Assembly (NCBI GenBank): GCA_964036045.1
Contig: OZ038379.1
Coordinates: 31,558,001-31,622,000, forward strand
Source: Eutreptiella sp. 'Long Island Sound 2002'
Taxonomy: Eukaryota; Protista; Euglenida
DNA length: 64,000 bases
Direction: 5' to 3'
Part shown: positions 60,434 to 64,000 of the stretch, in pieces
Numbering within the stretch: the first letter of the stretch is position 1
How the letters are laid out: every line of letters begins with the position of its first letter
The notes under the pieces: model-generated
Databases searched by the model: none
The model's input: the letters and a program-made list of their open reading frames with translations, nothing else
Told to the model about the DNA's origin: nothing
Position numbers and translations under genes: made by a program

Positions 60434-61769
60434 CAGGATTGGATATTGGGACCGAGCTGGTGGGGGAAGCAACATTGTCTAGGAGACTTCAACAACAAAT
60501 GAGGTACGCACTGGAAAGTGGATGAGAGCGGCTCAAATGAGGCTCAGAATGAGCTGTATTAATCCGTTTGGGCACCACAACTGAACAAGGATCATTTTTG
60601 GAAAACCATAGTTTTGACCCGTTTTTGAGCCATTTGTGGTGCGCAATTGGCCCATTTTCAAGGCCCTCTCGGACTTGAGACGGGCCAAAATTGCTCAACA
60701 TGGGCTCAAAATGGGCTCATTCCACTTGTTTGTGCACCTCCGAATAGTCCAAAATTATCTTTGGAAAAACACATTTTTGATCCATTTTTGACTGATTTTT
60801 GGTCGCAAAACAGCACAATGTCAAGGCATTTTGTGTCTTTGGAGGGGCCAAAATAGCTTGCAATGGGCTCAAAAAGGGCTCATTTCACAAAAAAAGACTT
60901 TTTTCAAAAATGATCGTGGACCACATGGAATGCCAAAACAAGTGTTGTTGGCGCGTTTTGAGCAGTGGTGGCCCGTTTGGGCCCCCCTAAAACCCCGAAA
61001 TGCCTTGAAAATGGGCTGTTTTGCGACCAAAAATGGGTCTTTCCAAAAATGATACTAGACCATTTGGGGTGCACAAACACACCTTTTTGGGCTACTTTTT
61101 GCAGCTTGCTGCAGCCCACTGGGCATAGGTACGGGGTCTGGGCAATTTAGAGGGGTGGAAACCACCAGAAGTGGGTAGTTGCGGGTGGATTAGGTGCGCT
61201 CAAAATTGCATTTTGAGCCACGTAGCCCAGGGGGGGGGGGTTTTCTGAGAAGCACTACGGAATTATGCAAGCATAGCACAATAAAGGCTCATCGGAATTA
61301 GGCTGAAACAGCGAGAGAAGGTACAGTGTATAGTCGATCCGCAAAATGAATTGAAGCAGGAAGACAACAAACGGCGCGTAAAATACACCGCAATTCTCAT
61401 GATACATGCAGCGCCATGGCAAGAACTCACACGTATATGCCAGGCACGCGTGACCACTGCTGCCGGCCACCTTTCGCCTAAAACGATTGCGGCTGGAGAA
61501 AACAGCCATGCATACCGCTGCTCAAATGGTGGAAAACAGACTGCCCACACATGTGTTAATGAACACAGTAGGGGCAATAGTGTGGGGGGTTTTGAAAACC
61601 TCCCACCTTTTTAAAAAATGGTCCGCGGGGGGTTTTAAGGGTGTTTATCGACGCAGACAGATCATTTGTGCAATTTTTTTTTGGTGGTCCTCCTTTCGAT
61701 TGCACATCCAGAGTTTTGTCTTTGCCCCGTATTCAGCCATTTTTGATTTTGTCCCCTTAGCTAGGGACC

Positions 61770-63960
61770 CCCCATAATTCAAGGGTGATGTTGCATTTCC
61801 GCCCTTTTTTGGACAATTATGATTTTGCCCCCCGCTCTGAAGCGGTGGGGATCCCCAAGGCGGCAGGGGTGATGTAGCCACCTTGCCCATTTATGGGCCA
61901 CTTCTGATTTTGCCCCCAGCTCTGAACCGGTGGGGATCTCCGAGGCGGCAGGGGTGACATAGCCACCTTGCCCATTTATGGGCCACTTCTCATTTTGCCC
62001 CCCGCTTTGAAGCGGAGGGGATCCCCGAGGCGGCAGGGGTGACGTAGCCACCTTGCCCATTTATGGGCCACTTCTGATTTTGCCCCCCGCTTTGAAGCGG
62101 CAGGGATCCCCGAGGCGGCAGGGGTGACGTAGCCACCTTGCCCATTTATGGGCCACTTACGATTTTGCCCCCCGCTCTGAAGTGTTGGGGATCCCCGAGG
62201 CGGCATGGGTGACGTAGCCACCTTGCCCATTTATGGGCCACTTCTGATTTTGCCCCCCGCTCTGAAGCGGTAGGGATCCCCGAGGCGGCAGGGGTGACGT
62301 AGCCACCTTGCCCATTTATGGGCCACTTCCGATTTTGCCCCCCGCTTTGAAGCGGAGGGGATCCCCGAGGCAGCAAGGGTGACGTAGCCACCTTGCCCAT
62401 TTATGGGCCGGATCTGATTTTGCCTCCCGCTCTGAAGCGGTGGGGATCCCCGAGGCGGCAGGGGTGACGTAGCCACCTTGCCCATTTATGGGCCACTTCT
62501 GATTTTGCCTCCCGCTCTGAAGCGGTGGAGATCCCCGAGGCGGCAGGGGTGACGTAGCCACCTTGCCCATTTATGGGCCATTTGTGATTCTGCCACCCGC
62601 TCTGAAGGGGTGCGGATCCCCGAGGCGGCAGGGGTGATGTAGCCACCTTGCCCATTTATGGGCCACTTCTGATTTTGCCTCCCGCTTTGAAGCGGTGGGG
62701 ATCCCCGAGGCGGCAGGGGTGACGTAGCCACCTTGCCCATTTATGGGCCACTTCTGATTTTGCCCCCCGCTTTGAAGCGGTGGGGATCCCTGAGGTGGCA
62801 GGGGTGACGTAGCCACCTTGCCCATTTATGGGCCACTTCTGATTTTGCGCCCCGCTCTGAAGCAGTGGGGATCCCCGAGGCGGCAGGAGTGACATAGCCA
62901 CCTTGCCCATTTATGGGCCACTTACGATTTTGCCCCCCGCTCTGAAGCGTTGGGGATCCCCGAGGCGGCATGGGCGACGTAGCCACCTTGCCCATTTATG
63001 GGCCACTTCTGATTTGTCCCCCGCTCTGAAGCGGTAGGGATCCCCGAGGCGGCATGGGTGACGTAGCCACCTTGCCCATTTATGGGCCACTTCCGATTTT
63101 GCCCCCCGCTTTGAAGCGGAGGGGATCCCCGAGGCAGCAAGGGTGACGTAGCCACCTTGCCCATTTATGGGCCACATCTGATTTTGCCTCCCGCTCTGAA
63201 GCGGTGGGGATCCCCGAGGCGGCAGGGGTGACGTAGCCACCTTGCCCATTTATGGGCCACTTCTGATTTTGCCTCCCGCTCTGAAGCGGTGGGGATCCCC
63301 GAGGCGGCAGGGGTGAAGTAGCCACCTTGCCCATTTATGGGCCACTTCTGATTTTGCCCCCCGCTTTGAAGCGGTGGGGATCCCTGAGGTGGCAGGGGTG
63401 ACGTAGCTACCTTGCCTATTTATGGGGCACTTCTGATTTTGCCCCCCGCTCTGAAGCGGTGGGGATCCCCGAGGCGGCAGGAGTGACATAGCCACCTTGC
63501 CCCTTTATGGGCCACTTCTGATTTTGCCCCCCGCTCTGAAGCAGTGGGGATCCCCGAGGCGGCAGGGGTGACGTAGCCGCCTTGCCCATTTATTGGCCAC
63601 TTCTGATTTTGCCCCCCGCTTTGAAGCGGTGGGGATCCCTGAGGTGGCAGGGGTGACGTAGCCACCTTGCCCATTTATTGGCCACTTCTGATTTTGCCCC
63701 CCGCTCTGAAGCGGTGGGGATCCCTGAGGTGGCAGGGGTGATGTAGCCACCTTGCCCATTTATGGGCCACTTCTGATTTTGCCCCCCGCTCTGAAGCAGT
63801 GGGGATCCTCGAGGCGGCAGGGGTGACGTAGCCACCTTGCTCATTTATGGGCCACTTCTGATTTTGCCCCCCGCTTTGAAGCAGTGGGGATCGTCGAGGC
63901 GGCAGGGTTGACGTAGCCACCTTGCCCATTTATGGGCCACTTCTGATTTTGCCTCCCGCT
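61770..63960. repeat. Homogeneous 85-bp satellite, about 26 units
   Basis: Unit CCACCTTGCCCATTTATGGGCCACTTCTGATTTTGCCCCCCGCTCTGAAGCGGTGGGGATCCCCGAGGCGGCAGGGGTGACGTAG. ORF-track starts are offset by 85 bp. Confidence 0.97.
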
Positions 63961-64000
63961 CTCAAGTGGCGGTTGAGGGGGACATTGTACCATCATTGGT

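Noticed and set aside
61779-63929. Family of 84-aa 'MGKVATSP...' proteins
   Set aside because: These are overlapping reading frames produced by the 85-bp tandem unit, which is not a multiple of 3.

Overview
GC-rich, repeat-dense eukaryotic genomic DNA with GT-AG introns. A euglenid/protist origin is my inference from the repeat style and cannot be confirmed from this window. It holds two + strand host genes. Gene 1 is a partly resolved charged/acidic protein ending at 14522. Gene 2 is a 7-exon, ~2394-aa, N-myristoylated protein with ~10 C2-like domains (23138-58422). The 18.8-kb fifth intron of gene 2 (36172-54951) is a stack of nested mobile elements. The main finding is a 5.4-kb cut-and-paste transposon (46442-51842) with 45-bp TIRs and a 5-bp GC-rich TSD. 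It encodes a RAG1/Transib-like DDE transposase plus a second gene with coiled-coil, chromo-shadow-like and Tudor-like segments. Its introns are built from inverted arrays of its own TIR motif (GTTCTAG...CTAGAAC). A divergent relative (41080-43211) keeps both genes, their order and one intron position, so the two-gene architecture looks like a conserved family trait. The rest is LINE remnants, MITE-like elements, several satellites (30, 46, 85, 90, 105 bp) and pentamer microsatellites. All alignments were made by eye; no database searches were run.
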